Notes: generated by a model from the sequence alone, not told the origin. Numbered from the stretch's first letter, positions 36,052-45,974 are shown. The stretch: DNA of 52,140 nucleotides from Deltaproteobacteria bacterium (GCA_016218805.1 JACRCW010000101.1:1-52140); one strand, 5' to 3'. Numbers and translations: made by a program.

Positions 36052-36360
36052 GCGTCGCTGCGGTTGGGGAACCTCAACGGTCTTCCTGCGCAGCACAGCC
36101 GGGGGCTGTGTCCAGGGCGGTCGCATTCTCGTTCCTTGCCAGGCGGTCACTTGGGTGGCGCAACCCGCGCGAGGCGCCTCCAATCCTGAGCGCGTCGTGA
36201 AAGGGGCCTGAGAGGTGTGGCCCAGCCGCCCCCGGCTGGGCCGCGTCGCTGCGATGGAACCCTCAACGGCCCTCCTGCACGGCACAGCCGGGGCGGCTGT
36301 GCCACACCGCCTAGCCCGTTCCCCAGAACGCGACCGCCCTGGGGCTGTGTATCCCACAGC
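36052..36360. repeat. REP/REPIN-like cluster upstream of purD
   Basis: Inverted REP doublet ggtGTGGcccagccgcccccggctggg (36214-36240) / cacagccggggcggctgtgCCACacc (36283-36308). Degenerate direct copy 36052-36110 vs 36243-36301. 17/18-bp inverted repeat 36112-36129 vs 36325-36342. Confidence 0.75.
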
Positions 36361-36409
36361 GCCGGGGCACCGTGTGCCAGGCCAAGCGCTGTGCTACCCA
36401 GCCGCGCCC

Positions 36410-37681
36410 ATGAGAGTCCTGCTCATCGGCAACGGTGGACGCGAACACGCGCTGCTTTGGCGGTTCCGGCATGACGCACCCCAGGCGGAACTCCACGTCA
36501 CACCCGGCAACGCGGGCATGGAAGCCTGGGCCACGCGCCACGACGTGGCGGTGGATGACAGCCCGGGGATCCTCCAGCTGGCTCTGCGCATCCAGGCGGA
36601 CCTGGTGGTGGCCGGGCCGGAGGCGGCCCTGGCTGCAGGGACGGCGGACCTGTTGGGCACGCAGGGCATCCCGGTGTTTGGCCCGCCGGAACACGCCGCG
36701 CGGCTGGAGACGTCCAAGCTGTTTGCCAAGGAGGTGATGGCCAGCTGCGGTGTGCTGACCGCGCGCCACTGGCAGGTGGATGACGAGGCGGACCTGCGTG
36801 AAGCGGTGGCCGGCGGCGCGCGCGTGCTCAAGGCGGACGGGCTGGCCAGCGGCAAGGGCGTGGTGGTCACCGCCACCGCCGAGGCGGCGCTGGAGGCGGG
36901 GCGGTTGTGGCTCAAGCGGTTTGGCGCGCCGGTGGTGGCTGAGGAACTGCTCCCCGGCCGCGAGGTCAGCGTCATGGCGCTGTGTGACGGCACGCGGGCG
37001 CTGATGCTGCCCTCCGCGCAGGACCACAAGCGTCTGCAGGACGGGGACCGGGGGCCCAACACCGGCGGGATGGGCACGGTCAGCCCGGGCACGCACCACG
37101 GGCGGCTGGGCATGGATGAGCCCACGCTGCTGCGGCGCACGCAGGAGGAGGTGATTGCCCCGGTACTGGCGGAGATGCGCGCGCGCGAAGTGCCGTTTGT
37201 GGGCGTGTTGTTCGCCGGGCTGATGGTGGAGCCGGAGACGGGGAAGATCCGCGTGCTGGAGTTCAACGCGCGCCTGGGTGATCCCGAGACGCAGGTGGTG
37301 GTGCGCCGGCTGGACGGCAGCCTGCTGGAGGCCATGCGGGCGTGCGCCGCGGGGAACGCGTCCCGCGTGCGGCTGGGGATTCGGCCGGAGGCGGCGGCGT
37401 GCGTGGTCCTGGCGGCGGACGGCTACCCGGATGCGCCGCGCCACGGAGACCCCATTGAGGGCCTGGAGGAGGCGGGCGCCCTGGAGGCGGTGACGGTGTT
37501 CCACGCCGGCACCGCGCGCAGCCCGGAGGGGCGCGTGGTGGTGCGGGGCGGGCGCGTGCTGGGCGTGTGCGCGGCCGGCGGCAGCGAAGCGCAGGCGCTG
37601 GAGCGCGCGTATTCCGCCAGCGCGCTCATCCGGTGGCCCGGCGTGCAGTACCGGCGGGACCTGGGGCGGACGGGCGCGTGA
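36410..37681 (+). CDS. purD: Phosphoribosylamine--glycine ligase
   Basis: GNGGREHAL, LETSKLFAK, KADGLASGKGV, QDHKRLQDGDRGPNTGGMG, EFNARLGDPETQ. Confidence 0.97.
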   Translation: MRVLLIGNGGREHALLWRFRHDAPQAELHVTPGNAGMEAWATRHDVAVDDSPGILQLALRIQADLVVAGPEAALAAGTADLLGTQGIPVFGPPEHAARLETSKLFAKEVMASCGVLTARHWQVDDEADLREAVAGGARVLKADGLASGKGVVVTATAEAALEAGRLWLKRFGAPVVAEELLPGREVSVMALCDGTRALMLPSAQDHKRLQDGDRGPNTGGMGTVSPGTHHGRLGMDEPTLLRRTQEEVIAPVLAEMRAREVPFVGVLFAGLMVEPETGKIRVLEFNARLGDPETQVVVRRLDGSLLEAMRACAAGNASRVRLGIRPEAAACVVLAADGYPDAPRHGDPIEGLEEAGALEAVTVFHAGTARSPEGRVVVRGGRVLGVCAAGGSEAQALERAYSASALIRWPGVQYRRDLGRTGA

Positions 37682-38952
37682 AGGACGGCGGGGCCGTGCG
37701 CTGGCTGGCGGTGCTGGTGGCGGCCGGCGGCGGGGCGCTCACCTGGGGCGCGGGGGCCGCGTGCGTCATCGTGGGGCTGGTGGGCCTGGTGGCGGCCGGG
37801 CCGGTGGCGGCGGTGCTGCTGCCGGCGGCGGGCGCGCTGGTGGCAGGTGCCGCGCTGCTGCATTCGCCCTGGCTGGCGGCCCCGTGCGTGCTGGGCCTTG
37901 TGGCGCACGGGTTGGACCGGCGCTCTGATGGCGGCCCGCCCGGGTGGCTGCTGCTCCTGGCCGGCCTGGCCGGCGCGGGCCTGCTGGTGCTCCCCACGTG
38001 GCTGCCCGTGCAGGAACTGGTGGCCGCGCGCCCGCTGGGCGCCACCGCGCCGGTGGCCGCCGCGGTGCTGTCCACTTGTGTGCTGTGGCTGCTGGGCGCG
38101 CGCGGCGGTGCGTCCCGCGCGCTGGCGGCGGGCGTGGGTCTGGCGGGGCTGCAGGCGGTGGGCGCCGCCGCGTGGCGGGTCGCGGCGGGGACGGCCGGGA
38201 CGGCGGGGGACCTGCTGGAACGGGCGGCGCGGGCGGAGGTGCGCGGGCAGCGCGCGCTGCAGGCTGACCTGGTGGCGGCGGCCATGGAGCGGTCGCGGGA
38301 GGACGCGGCCGCGGTGCTGCGCATCTACCGGACGCAGACGCATGAGGGTGACGCGGCGCGCCTGCGGCCGGAGGTGCTGCACGCGGCGGCGCGCGCGCTG
38401 GAGCGTTCCGGCGGGCCCGCATCCGACGTGGACGCGCTGCTGGGGCGGTCCCTGCGGCGCACGGACCCGGCAGACACCGCGCGCTACTTGGACTGGCCGG
38501 GCCGGACCCGCGCCGCCGCCAGCGCGTGGCGCGCCCGCGCGCGGGTGGGTGCGTCCCTGGGGGCGCCGCCGTCCGCCAACGTGGATGACGTGATGGAATG
38601 CTGGGGCGGAACGTGGTGCCTGGTGGATGCGCACTGGCCGGCCATGGTGCGGACGGGCAACCCCGCGGCAGTGCGCCTGCGTTGGCGCAAGGTGGCGCCG
38701 GGGACCGGGGCGGTGCGCGTGGTGGTGCAGCTGGGCTGGGAGGGCTGGCAGGTGGAGGCGGGGCTGGCGGACGACGCCGTGGCGGTGGGGGGCGTGCTGG
38801 AGCAGGCCGTGCCGCTGGACCTGTCCGCGTGTGACGGGAAACCGCGTGACCTGTGGGTGCGGCTGGTCCCCGCCGACGGCGGAGGGTCCCTTGGGATGCT
38901 CAACAAGCCCGGCGCGCTGCTGCACCTGGGCTGGATGCGGCCGCCGCCCTGA
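37678..38952 (+). CDS. Hypothetical membrane protein
   Basis: The GTG overlaps the purD stop (GTGA); multiple hydrophobic segments followed by a soluble domain. Confidence 0.6.
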   Translation: MKDGGAVRWLAVLVAAGGGALTWGAGAACVIVGLVGLVAAGPVAAVLLPAAGALVAGAALLHSPWLAAPCVLGLVAHGLDRRSDGGPPGWLLLLAGLAGAGLLVLPTWLPVQELVAARPLGATAPVAAAVLSTCVLWLLGARGGASRALAAGVGLAGLQAVGAAAWRVAAGTAGTAGDLLERAARAEVRGQRALQADLVAAAMERSREDAAAVLRIYRTQTHEGDAARLRPEVLHAAARALERSGGPASDVDALLGRSLRRTDPADTARYLDWPGRTRAAASAWRARARVGASLGAPPSANVDDVMECWGGTWCLVDAHWPAMVRTGNPAAVRLRWRKVAPGTGAVRVVVQLGWEGWQVEAGLADDAVAVGGVLEQAVPLDLSACDGKPRDLWVRLVPADGGGSLGMLNKPGALLHLGWMRPPP

Positions 38953-39345
38953 TCACTGGTCCGGGCAGAGCACCGTGACCTGCTGGTAGCCCGGGCGCTC
39001 CACCTTCACCGCGGTGAAGCGGCTCTCATGCGCGTCATCCACAAACGTGTTGCAGAGGTTGCGGCCGGACTCCAGCGGCGTGTCCGAATACCGCGTGTAC
39101 ACCACGCAATCATTGGGCTCCGCCGTGAACACCAACTCATGCCCGCGCGCGGGGACGTCCTTGACCGTGAGCGTGCGGCGCGGGCGCACTTCGCGCACCG
39201 CCTCACCGTCCAGTTCCACAAACAACGTGCAGACCGGGTGCCGGTTCACCACCACAATGCTGCCCGACCCGCCGCCGTCACCGCACGCCGCCCCCAGGAC
39301 GGACAACAGCACGGCAGACCCGATGCGGCGCATGGCGCTGCGCAT
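38953..39345 (-). CDS. Small putative lipoprotein
   Basis: MRRIGSAVLLSVLGAACG lipobox; beta-rich body. Confidence 0.7.
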   Translation of the reverse strand: MRSAMRRIGSAVLLSVLGAACGDGGGSGSIVVVNRHPVCTLFVELDGEAVREVRPRRTLTVKDVPARGHELVFTAEPNDCVVYTRYSDTPLESGRNLCNTFVDDAHESRFTAVKVERPGYQQVTVLCPDQ

Positions 39346-39443
39346 GTAGGCACCCCTCACGTGATCGTCAACCGCGCGGGGCGCTTGCGCACCGGCGCGC
39401 CCTCCTGCCAAGGAGGCGCGCGTTGGCGGACAAGGAGCGGAGC

Positions 39444-39890
39444 ATGGGAGCGCTGAAGGACAAACTGTTGGCGCCGGGGGTCCGGCCCCGTGTGTTGGAA
39501 GATTGCGTGCAGGTGATTGACGCCGAGGTGCAGGCCAAAGGCGGCCTGACCGGCCTGGCCATCAAGGGCGCCTACAAGATGGTCAAGACCGTGGGGCCCA
39601 GCATCATCCGGGATTCCATGGATGGCCTGCTGGATGACTTTGCGGGCCGGTTGGAGCCCATTTACGACGAGTGGAAAGAGAAGGGCGCCGGGCAGAAGCT
39701 CCAGGCGTACATGGCCGCGCGCACCGCGCAGGTGGCCAATGCGCTGCTGGGCATCACGGATGACCGCGCGCGCCGCGCCAACAGCGGGACGCTCAAGAAG
39801 GCGTATGAAACGCTCCGCCCCACGGGCCAGAAGCACGTGGAGGAAGCCGTGCCGCGCATTGGCGGACTGCTGGAGAAATACGCCGCCTGA
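39444..39890 (+). CDS. Conserved hypothetical protein (DUF6918-like)
   Basis: SD AAGGAG; RPRVLEDCVQVIDAEVQAKGGLTGLAIKGAY...VANALLGITDDRA. Confidence 0.8.
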   Translation: MGALKDKLLAPGVRPRVLEDCVQVIDAEVQAKGGLTGLAIKGAYKMVKTVGPSIIRDSMDGLLDDFAGRLEPIYDEWKEKGAGQKLQAYMAARTAQVANALLGITDDRARRANSGTLKKAYETLRPTGQKHVEEAVPRIGGLLEKYAA

Positions 39891-39927
39891 GCGGCCGGGT
39901 GGGGCAGGACACCATCATGGCGCCCCC

Positions 39928-39950
39928 GGTGTAACGGCTGGCGTTACACC
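39928..39950. terminator. Perfect 9-bp hairpin between convergent genes (possible bidirectional terminator)
   Basis: GGTGTAACG-gctgg-CGTTACACC; no U-tract. Confidence 0.5.
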
Positions 39951-39962
39951 CGCGCCGGCGCT

Positions 39963-41351
39963 TCAGCCCAGCATGCCCGCCAGGTGATCAATCAGGTCAA
40001 TCTTGGTGATCACCCCGGCCAGGCGCGTCCCGTCCATGACAATGACCACCTTGCCGCGGTTGAAGTGGTCCGACAGGAACGCCACGGACGACTCCGGCGC
40101 CACCGTGGCGAAGTTGTCCTCCGCGATGTCCCGCACCGGCGTCTTCATGTTGGCCGCGCCGCCCACCAGGTGCTTGAGGATGTCCACCTCATTCACAATG
40201 CCCATCAGCTTGCCCGCCTCCAGCACCGGCACCTGGCTGATCCCGCGTGACTTCAGGCGCTCCACAACGACGCCAACCGCTTCATTGGCGTCCGCGGTGA
40301 TGACCTCCGGGTCCTTGCGGCGCGCCAGGATGTCCCGCACCTTGCCGGCGCTGGTCTCCGGTCCCAGAAACCCGTTTTCTCGCATCCAGTCATCATTGAG
40401 GAACTTGGACAGGTAGCGGCTGGAGCTGTCCGGGAGCAGCACCACAATGTTCTCCCGCTTGCCGCTCATCTCCGCGTACTTCACCGCGCCGGCCACCGCC
40501 GCGCCCGCGCTGCCGCCAATCAGGATGCCCTCCTTGCGGATGAGGTCGCGCGCGGTCATGAAGCACTCGCGGTCCGTCACCTGCACCACGTCGTCAAGGA
40601 TCTTGAGGTTCATGGTGGACGGCACAAAATCTTCGCCAATGCCCTCCACCTTGTACGGGTGCGCCTTGGTCATGCGGCCCGTCTTGTACAGGTCGTAATA
40701 AAGGCTCCCAATGGGGTCCACGCCCACAATCTTGACGGCCGGTTTCTTCTCCTTGAGGAACTTGCCGGTGCCGGACAGCGTGCCGCCCGTGCCCATGCCG
40801 GACACAAACACGTCCAGCTCACCCGCCGTCTGCTCCCACAGCTCCGGCCCCGTGGACAGGTAGTGTGACTCGGGGTTGGCGGGGTTGTGGTACTGGTTGG
40901 CGTAGAACGCGTTGGGCGTCTCCTCGGCAATGCGGCGTGACACGCAGTAGTACGAGCGCGGATCATCCGGTTCCACGTCGGTGGGGCAGATCACCACCTT
41001 GGCGCCCACGGAGCGCAGCGCCTGGCGCTTCTCTTCGCTCTGCTTGTCCGGCATCACAAACACGGCCTTGTACCCGCGCACCGCCGCCACCAGCGCCAGC
41101 CCCATGCCGGTGTTGCCGGAGGTGGCCTCCACAATGGTGCCGCCCGGCTTGAGCTGGCCCATCTTCTCGGCCAGGTTGACAATGTTGATGCCAATGCGGT
41201 CCTTCATGGAGCCGCCGGGGTTCATGTACTCGCACTTGACGTACAGGTTGGCCCGCGTGTGGTTGCCCACCTTGTTCAGTTTGACAATGGGCGTGCCACC
41301 CACCGCGTCCAGGATGCTCGCCTTGGCACCGGTCATCAGCTTGTCAGCCAT
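39963..41351 (-). CDS. cbs: Cystathionine beta-synthase (PLP-dependent) with a C-terminal CBS domain pair
   Basis: KCEYMNPGGSMKDR, EATSGNTG, GMGTGGT, YKVEGIGED, LPDSSSRYLSKFLNDDWM; C-terminal CBS repeats. Confidence 0.92.
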   Translation of the reverse strand: MADKLMTGAKASILDAVGGTPIVKLNKVGNHTRANLYVKCEYMNPGGSMKDRIGINIVNLAEKMGQLKPGGTIVEATSGNTGMGLALVAAVRGYKAVFVMPDKQSEEKRQALRSVGAKVVICPTDVEPDDPRSYYCVSRRIAEETPNAFYANQYHNPANPESHYLSTGPELWEQTAGELDVFVSGMGTGGTLSGTGKFLKEKKPAVKIVGVDPIGSLYYDLYKTGRMTKAHPYKVEGIGEDFVPSTMNLKILDDVVQVTDRECFMTARDLIRKEGILIGGSAGAAVAGAVKYAEMSGKRENIVVLLPDSSSRYLSKFLNDDWMRENGFLGPETSAGKVRDILARRKDPEVITADANEAVGVVVERLKSRGISQVPVLEAGKLMGIVNEVDILKHLVGGAANMKTPVRDIAEDNFATVAPESSVAFLSDHFNRGKVVIVMDGTRLAGVITKIDLIDHLAGMLG

Positions 41352-41403
41352 CTGCTTCACCTGTCTGTAGCGCACCCGGGACGGGCGCCGTTATGACGGC
41401 GCG

Positions 41404-41432
41404 GACGTACGGGCCGGCGCGCAGCCCGTCAA
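41404..41432 (-). promoter_or_regulatory. Possible sigma70-type promoter for cbs
   Basis: Minus strand TTGACG-N17-TACGTC, about 50 bp upstream of the start codon. Confidence 0.3.
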
Positions 41433-41496
41433 CGCGGACGGTGTCGTCGGCAGGACGAACGGACGTTCGTCCGCCATGGTGGGCGCACCCAGCGCG

Positions 41497-41898
41497 TCAG
41501 GCGGGCTTGCGCAGGTGGTCGGCCAGCCGCTGGTCTTCGCCGCCAATGTGGTGCGCCAGCCAGTCCTTGAGGAAGTTCATGGTGGTGATTGAGAGGGTGG
41601 CGCTGCCCGCCTCCAACGCCGCCTCCAACTCCAGGACCTTGCGGGTGAGATCGTCGTGGATGGCCTTGTGGCGGGCGTACCCCCCGTAGCCGGACTCCTG
41701 CATGAACTTCTCTTCCGTCTGGAAGTGCGTGACCGTGTAGTGGCGCAGGAATGCCAGCACCTGGCCCACCTCGGCGCGCCCGTGCCCGGCAATCATGGCG
41801 TCATGCAGCCGGTTGACTCGGTCAAACAGCTCAGCGTGCTGGCGGTCAATCTCCGGGTGACCGACCCTGAAGCGCTCCTCAAAGACCACGAAGGGCAT
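41497..41898 (-). CDS. Bacteriohemerythrin
   Basis: IDRQHAEL, HFQTEE, HKAIHDD, WLAHHIGGED; SD GGAGG. Confidence 0.95.
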   Translation of the reverse strand: MPFVVFEERFRVGHPEIDRQHAELFDRVNRLHDAMIAGHGRAEVGQVLAFLRHYTVTHFQTEEKFMQESGYGGYARHKAIHDDLTRKVLELEAALEAGSATLSITTMNFLKDWLAHHIGGEDQRLADHLRKPA

Positions 41899-41946
41899 GG
41901 CGACCTCCAACCGCCCCCGACACCCCCCGCGCTTGCACTTGCAGCG

Positions 41947-43479
41947 TCACGACGCAAGCGCGTGTTGCCCTTCTAGCATGACCTGGGCACGCAGGCTCAC
42001 CAGGTCCCGTCCCACCGTGGCCACCGCCAGCGTGCGGTCTCCGCCCAGGAACGTGACGGTGGCATCGCGCGCCTGCAGGCTCCCGTCGACGACGATCCGG
42101 TCCCACGTTTCCGCGTGACCCACGTATGCAATCGTCACGTCGTAATGCTGACTCCAGAAGAACGGGACCAGGGTGCAGGGTTCACGGCGGCGCAGCATGT
42201 TGCGCGCCGCCAGCTGCCCGTGGCGCTGCGCCACCACCCAATGCTCCACGCGGATGCTCCGGCCCGAATGCGGGTCCGGCCAGCGCGCAATATCCCCCGC
42301 CGCGTAGATGCCGGGAATGCGGGTCTGCAGGTAGGGGTCCACCAGCACGCCACCATCCACCGCCAGCCCCGCCTCCTGCGCCAGCGCCACCGCGGGCCGC
42401 ACGCCAATGCCAACGACGACGACGTCCGCCGGCAACACCCGGCCGCTCTCCAGCACGACCGCGCCCGCCTCGATGGCGCGCGGGGACTGGCCCAGGTGGA
42501 AGATGACGCCGTGCTGTTCATGCACGCTGCGGATGAAATCCCCCAATTGCGGACCCAGCACGCGCTCCAGCGGCCGCGCTTCGCGGCCCACAACGGACAC
42601 CTGGAGGTTGCGCGCGCGCAAGGACGCCGCCACCTCCAGGCCAATGAAGCTGGCGCCCACCACGACGGCGCGCTGGGCCCCGCCGAGCGCAGTGATGAGC
42701 GCGCGGCTGTCCGCGAGCGTGCGCAGGTGGTGCACGTGGGGGAGGTCCGCGCCGGGGATGGTGAGCCGGACGGGTTCCGAGCCCGTGGCCAGCAGCAACG
42801 CGTCAAACGGGTGGGTGCGGCCCGCGGTTGTCTCCACGCAGCGCCTGGCCACGTCAATCCGCGTGACGCGTACGCCCGTCACCAGGTCAATGCGCTGCTG
42901 TTGGAAGAACTCCGCAGGGCGCAGGGGAATCCAGTCCTCGGGTGCCGTCCCGGCCAGGTAGTCCTTGGAGAGGTTGGGGCGGTCGTACGGCGCGGCGGGG
43001 TCGGCGCTGAGCAGGGTGAGCGCGCCGGCGTATCCTTCGCGGCGGAGCATCTCCGCGGCGGCGTGCCCGGCTGCACCACCGCCCACAATCACCACGGACG
43101 CAAGCCCGGCCTGCACCGGCGCGCGCGCGGTGGTCCGCACGGGCGACCGGCCCGTGACGACGATCCGCGTGCCGCGCTGCTCCACCTCCCAGCACGCCAG
43201 GGGCTTCAACGCCGGCGCCGCCAGCGCCTCACCGGTGCGCAGGCTGAAACACGCGTGGTGCCACGGGCAGCGCACCGTGTCGTCGTCCAAGAGGCCGTCC
43301 GCCAGCGGACCACCGTAATGCGTGCACGTGGCTGCCACGGCCAACAGCTGCGTGCCGCGCCGCGCCACCAGCACCGCTTCCCCGTCCACGTGCCCCAGCA
43401 CCACCCCGCCCTCTGCCAGGTCCGCCGCGGGAATGCCCGCAGCCAGATCAGGTCCCTTCAAATCACCGGTTTCTGCCAT
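41947..43479 (-). CDS. Rieske [2Fe-2S] / FAD-dependent oxidoreductase fusion (AIF-like ferredoxin reductase)
   Basis: CTHYGG...CPWHHA; GGGAAG, YDRPNLSKDYL, GASFIGLE, YAAGDIA, VPFFWSQHY. Confidence 0.95.
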   Translation of the reverse strand: MAETGDLKGPDLAAGIPAADLAEGGVVLGHVDGEAVLVARRGTQLLAVAATCTHYGGPLADGLLDDDTVRCPWHHACFSLRTGEALAAPALKPLACWEVEQRGTRIVVTGRSPVRTTARAPVQAGLASVVIVGGGAAGHAAAEMLRREGYAGALTLLSADPAAPYDRPNLSKDYLAGTAPEDWIPLRPAEFFQQQRIDLVTGVRVTRIDVARRCVETTAGRTHPFDALLLATGSEPVRLTIPGADLPHVHHLRTLADSRALITALGGAQRAVVVGASFIGLEVAASLRARNLQVSVVGREARPLERVLGPQLGDFIRSVHEQHGVIFHLGQSPRAIEAGAVVLESGRVLPADVVVVGIGVRPAVALAQEAGLAVDGGVLVDPYLQTRIPGIYAAGDIARWPDPHSGRSIRVEHWVVAQRHGQLAARNMLRRREPCTLVPFFWSQHYDVTIAYVGHAETWDRIVVDGSLQARDATVTFLGGDRTLAVATVGRDLVSLRAQVMLEGQHALAS

Positions 43480-43692
43480 GGAGCGCCTCCCCGGATGGGG
43501 ACATACAGGTGCGGGGCCATCCCGGCAGGCTGGGGTTGTGACGCTGCCCGGGCGGCCGAGTACGCTCAACGACATGGGGCCCGCGCCGGCTGGAAACCAT
43601 GACGTGATGGGGAACGACAGCGCCGCTGTGCGGGCGGACGTGCTGGAGCTGGGTTGCCGCAAGGTGGCCGGGACGGCGCAAGGACGGGAGAG

Positions 43693-45066
43693 ATGAGCGT
43701 GACTGCTCGCGGGGCGGACCGCGCAAGGGAAGGGCGGCTGGTGCTCGTCAATCCTTCGCGGCTGTATTCAGACGGCTGGTCCACGGACGCGGAGGCGGGC
43801 CGCAACAACCCCGCGTTTGAGATCCTCCGCGGCGCCGTGCAGGGCGCGGTGAACGTGGAAGTGCTGGACCTTCCCACGCAGGTGGGCGTGCCGGAGAGTG
43901 ACGCCCAGCGCGAAAAGTTCCTGGCGCTGACGTGCGCCCTCATTGACGGCACGGACTGGGACGGCGCGCTGGTAGGGATTTCCTGCTGGTCATCGCTGCA
44001 CTACCTGGCCACGCTGGAAGTGGCCCGCATGATCAAGCGCCGCAGTCCGGGCACGCGCATTGTTGTGGGCGGCTATCACCCCACGGCGGTTCCCGGTGAT
44101 TTCCTGGAATTCCCGGATTTGTTTGACCACGTGGTGCAGGGGGCGGGGGAGCGGGTGCTCAAGGGCATCCTGACCGGGCGCATCAAGCAGCGCCTGGTCC
44201 ACGCGCCTGCAACCCGCGGTGCGCCCCGTGAGCTGTTGCACCAGCGGCCGCCCGAGCGCCCCACGGCGGTGCACTACGTGTACCTGAGCCGGGGCTGTCC
44301 GTTTGAATGCAGCTATTGCATGGAAAGCACCATGAGCCTGCGCCAGTGGCGCGCCCTTGGGCCCCGGCAGGCCGCGGACCTGGTGGTGGCCATTGACCGC
44401 ACGGGACACGCCGGGCGCATTGCCATCTGTGACCCGTGTTTTGGCGCCAATCCCAAGTGGCGGCATGCCTTCCTCCGCCGCCTGGTGGACCGGGGAATCA
44501 CCACGCAGGTCTGGGCGGAGACCCGCCCGGACACCTTCCAGGAGGAGGATTTCCAGCTGCTGCAACAGCTCCCATTTCAGGTGGATTTCGGGATTGACTC
44601 CGCGTCGGAGACCATGCTGCGCATCATGCGGAAGACCAACAATCCCCGGCGCTACCTGGACCGGACCGCGGACGTGTGCCGCCAGCTGGATGCGCGCGGC
44701 GTGCGCTTCTGCCTCTACCTCATCTTCAACCACCCCGGAGAAACGGACTACACCATCCACGAAACAGTGGAATATCTCTCCGCCCTGCGCAGCAGCCTGC
44801 GGAACAATCACGGGCATTTTGTGGCGGGCACGTACTTCTACGTCCCGGGCACCGCGGTGGAGACGGAGCTGGCGCAATTGGCGGAGGATCACGGGACCGT
44901 GGTCCATGAGCCGGCGTGGTGGAAACAGCGGTCACCGCACCACCCGCTGGCCACGCGCGTGGACGCCACCACCGGGCGGCCCGGGTCCGAAATCCACGGC
45001 GACCATTGGTGGCGCGCCATGGAACGCCTCAACCGGCCGCTGGGCGCGTGGCGGTTCCTGCGGTGA
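43693..45066 (+). CDS. Cobalamin-binding radical SAM protein
   Basis: LVGISCW, IVVGGYHPT and VVQGAGE (B12 domain); SRGCPFECSYC (CxxxCxxC); GIDSASETMLRIMRK; HPGET. Confidence 0.92.
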   Translation: MSVTARGADRAREGRLVLVNPSRLYSDGWSTDAEAGRNNPAFEILRGAVQGAVNVEVLDLPTQVGVPESDAQREKFLALTCALIDGTDWDGALVGISCWSSLHYLATLEVARMIKRRSPGTRIVVGGYHPTAVPGDFLEFPDLFDHVVQGAGERVLKGILTGRIKQRLVHAPATRGAPRELLHQRPPERPTAVHYVYLSRGCPFECSYCMESTMSLRQWRALGPRQAADLVVAIDRTGHAGRIAICDPCFGANPKWRHAFLRRLVDRGITTQVWAETRPDTFQEEDFQLLQQLPFQVDFGIDSASETMLRIMRKTNNPRRYLDRTADVCRQLDARGVRFCLYLIFNHPGETDYTIHETVEYLSALRSSLRNNHGHFVAGTYFYVPGTAVETELAQLAEDHGTVVHEPAWWKQRSPHHPLATRVDATTGRPGSEIHGDHWWRAMERLNRPLGAWRFLR

Positions 45067-45086
45067 ATGGGCGGGGGCCGCGCGCG

Positions 45087-45974
45087 CTACTGCACGCGGC
45101 AGCAGCGGGCCTTCACGCGCGCATTGGTGTTGGCGGACACGCCGCAGCCGGAATCACTCTGGGTGAACGCGCCAATCCCCGTGAACACGTACCCCGCGTT
45201 GCAGGCCGGCGGAGCGGGGTCCGGGTAGGCGGTACAACCCGTGAAACTTCCCCAGCCCGTCGTGTAACAGTCCAGGGTGGCGCCCAGAAAGCCCGTGGCC
45301 GTCACGGTGCCCGTGGCGGACACGTTGCCGGACTGGTCCACGTGAAACACGCCCGCGGTCCACGGGTGATTGACCAGGCGGAAGGTCCCGTTGAGATTCT
45401 CCAGGTACATCACCGTGCCATTGGCGCCGGCGAGCTGCAGCACCTGACCTTCAGCCGCCCGCCAGGAAAAGGCGGCATTTCCGCCATTGATGCTCACGTC
45501 ACCGCTGAAAGATGCCGTTTCCGCGGCCAGGTCCTTGGCGCGTGCCGTCACCAGCGAACTGGGCGCGGACATCAGCCGCTGCCGTCCCGCCAGTGGCACG
45601 TACGGAGCGCCGGCAGCGGGCGCCACTTCCACGGCCAGGTAGACCTCTGGGTAGGTGAACACGGTCGCCGCCAGTGTCGTCCGGGCGCCCAGTGCCACGC
45701 CGAACCGCCCAGCCCGTACTTCCACCAGCGGCGCTCGCGCGTCGGCGCCATCGTGGGTTTCGGCCCACAGTTCGGTGCCGCCGGTGGCAGCATCAAACAT
45801 ACGGAAGTTCATGGCCACGCTCCCGTTGATGGGCACGCCGTTGTCCTCCAGCATCCCCTCGTAGCCAATGAGCCGGGGAGGAATCCCGTAGTTTCCCGTC
45901 GTGGCGGTCACCGCCACCGCCACCAACGCCAGTGCCAGGGTGGCGCCGAGGAATCCCAAGAAACGCTTTGACAT
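45087..45974 (-). CDS. Exported protein with a tail-fibre/adhesin-like architecture
   Basis: Signal peptide; IGYEGMLEDNGVPING...FRMFDAATGGTELWAETH; beta-rich stalk; Cys-rich tip ending CCRVQ. Confidence 0.75.
   Translation of the reverse strand: MSKRFLGFLGATLALALVAVAVTATTGNYGIPPRLIGYEGMLEDNGVPINGSVAMNFRMFDAATGGTELWAETHDGADARAPLVEVRAGRFGVALGARTTLAATVFTYPEVYLAVEVAPAAGAPYVPLAGRQRLMSAPSSLVTARAKDLAAETASFSGDVSINGGNAAFSWRAAEGQVLQLAGANGTVMYLENLNGTFRLVNHPWTAGVFHVDQSGNVSATGTVTATGFLGATLDCYTTGWGSFTGCTAYPDPAPPACNAGYVFTGIGAFTQSDSGCGVSANTNARVKARCCRVQ

Noticed and set aside
36130..36345. ZMP/ZTP riboswitch upstream of purD
   Set aside because: cgaccgccctggg resembles the 3' end, but the conserved 5' GACTGGCG...GTGG core was not found. 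The segment is explained by an inverted repeat.
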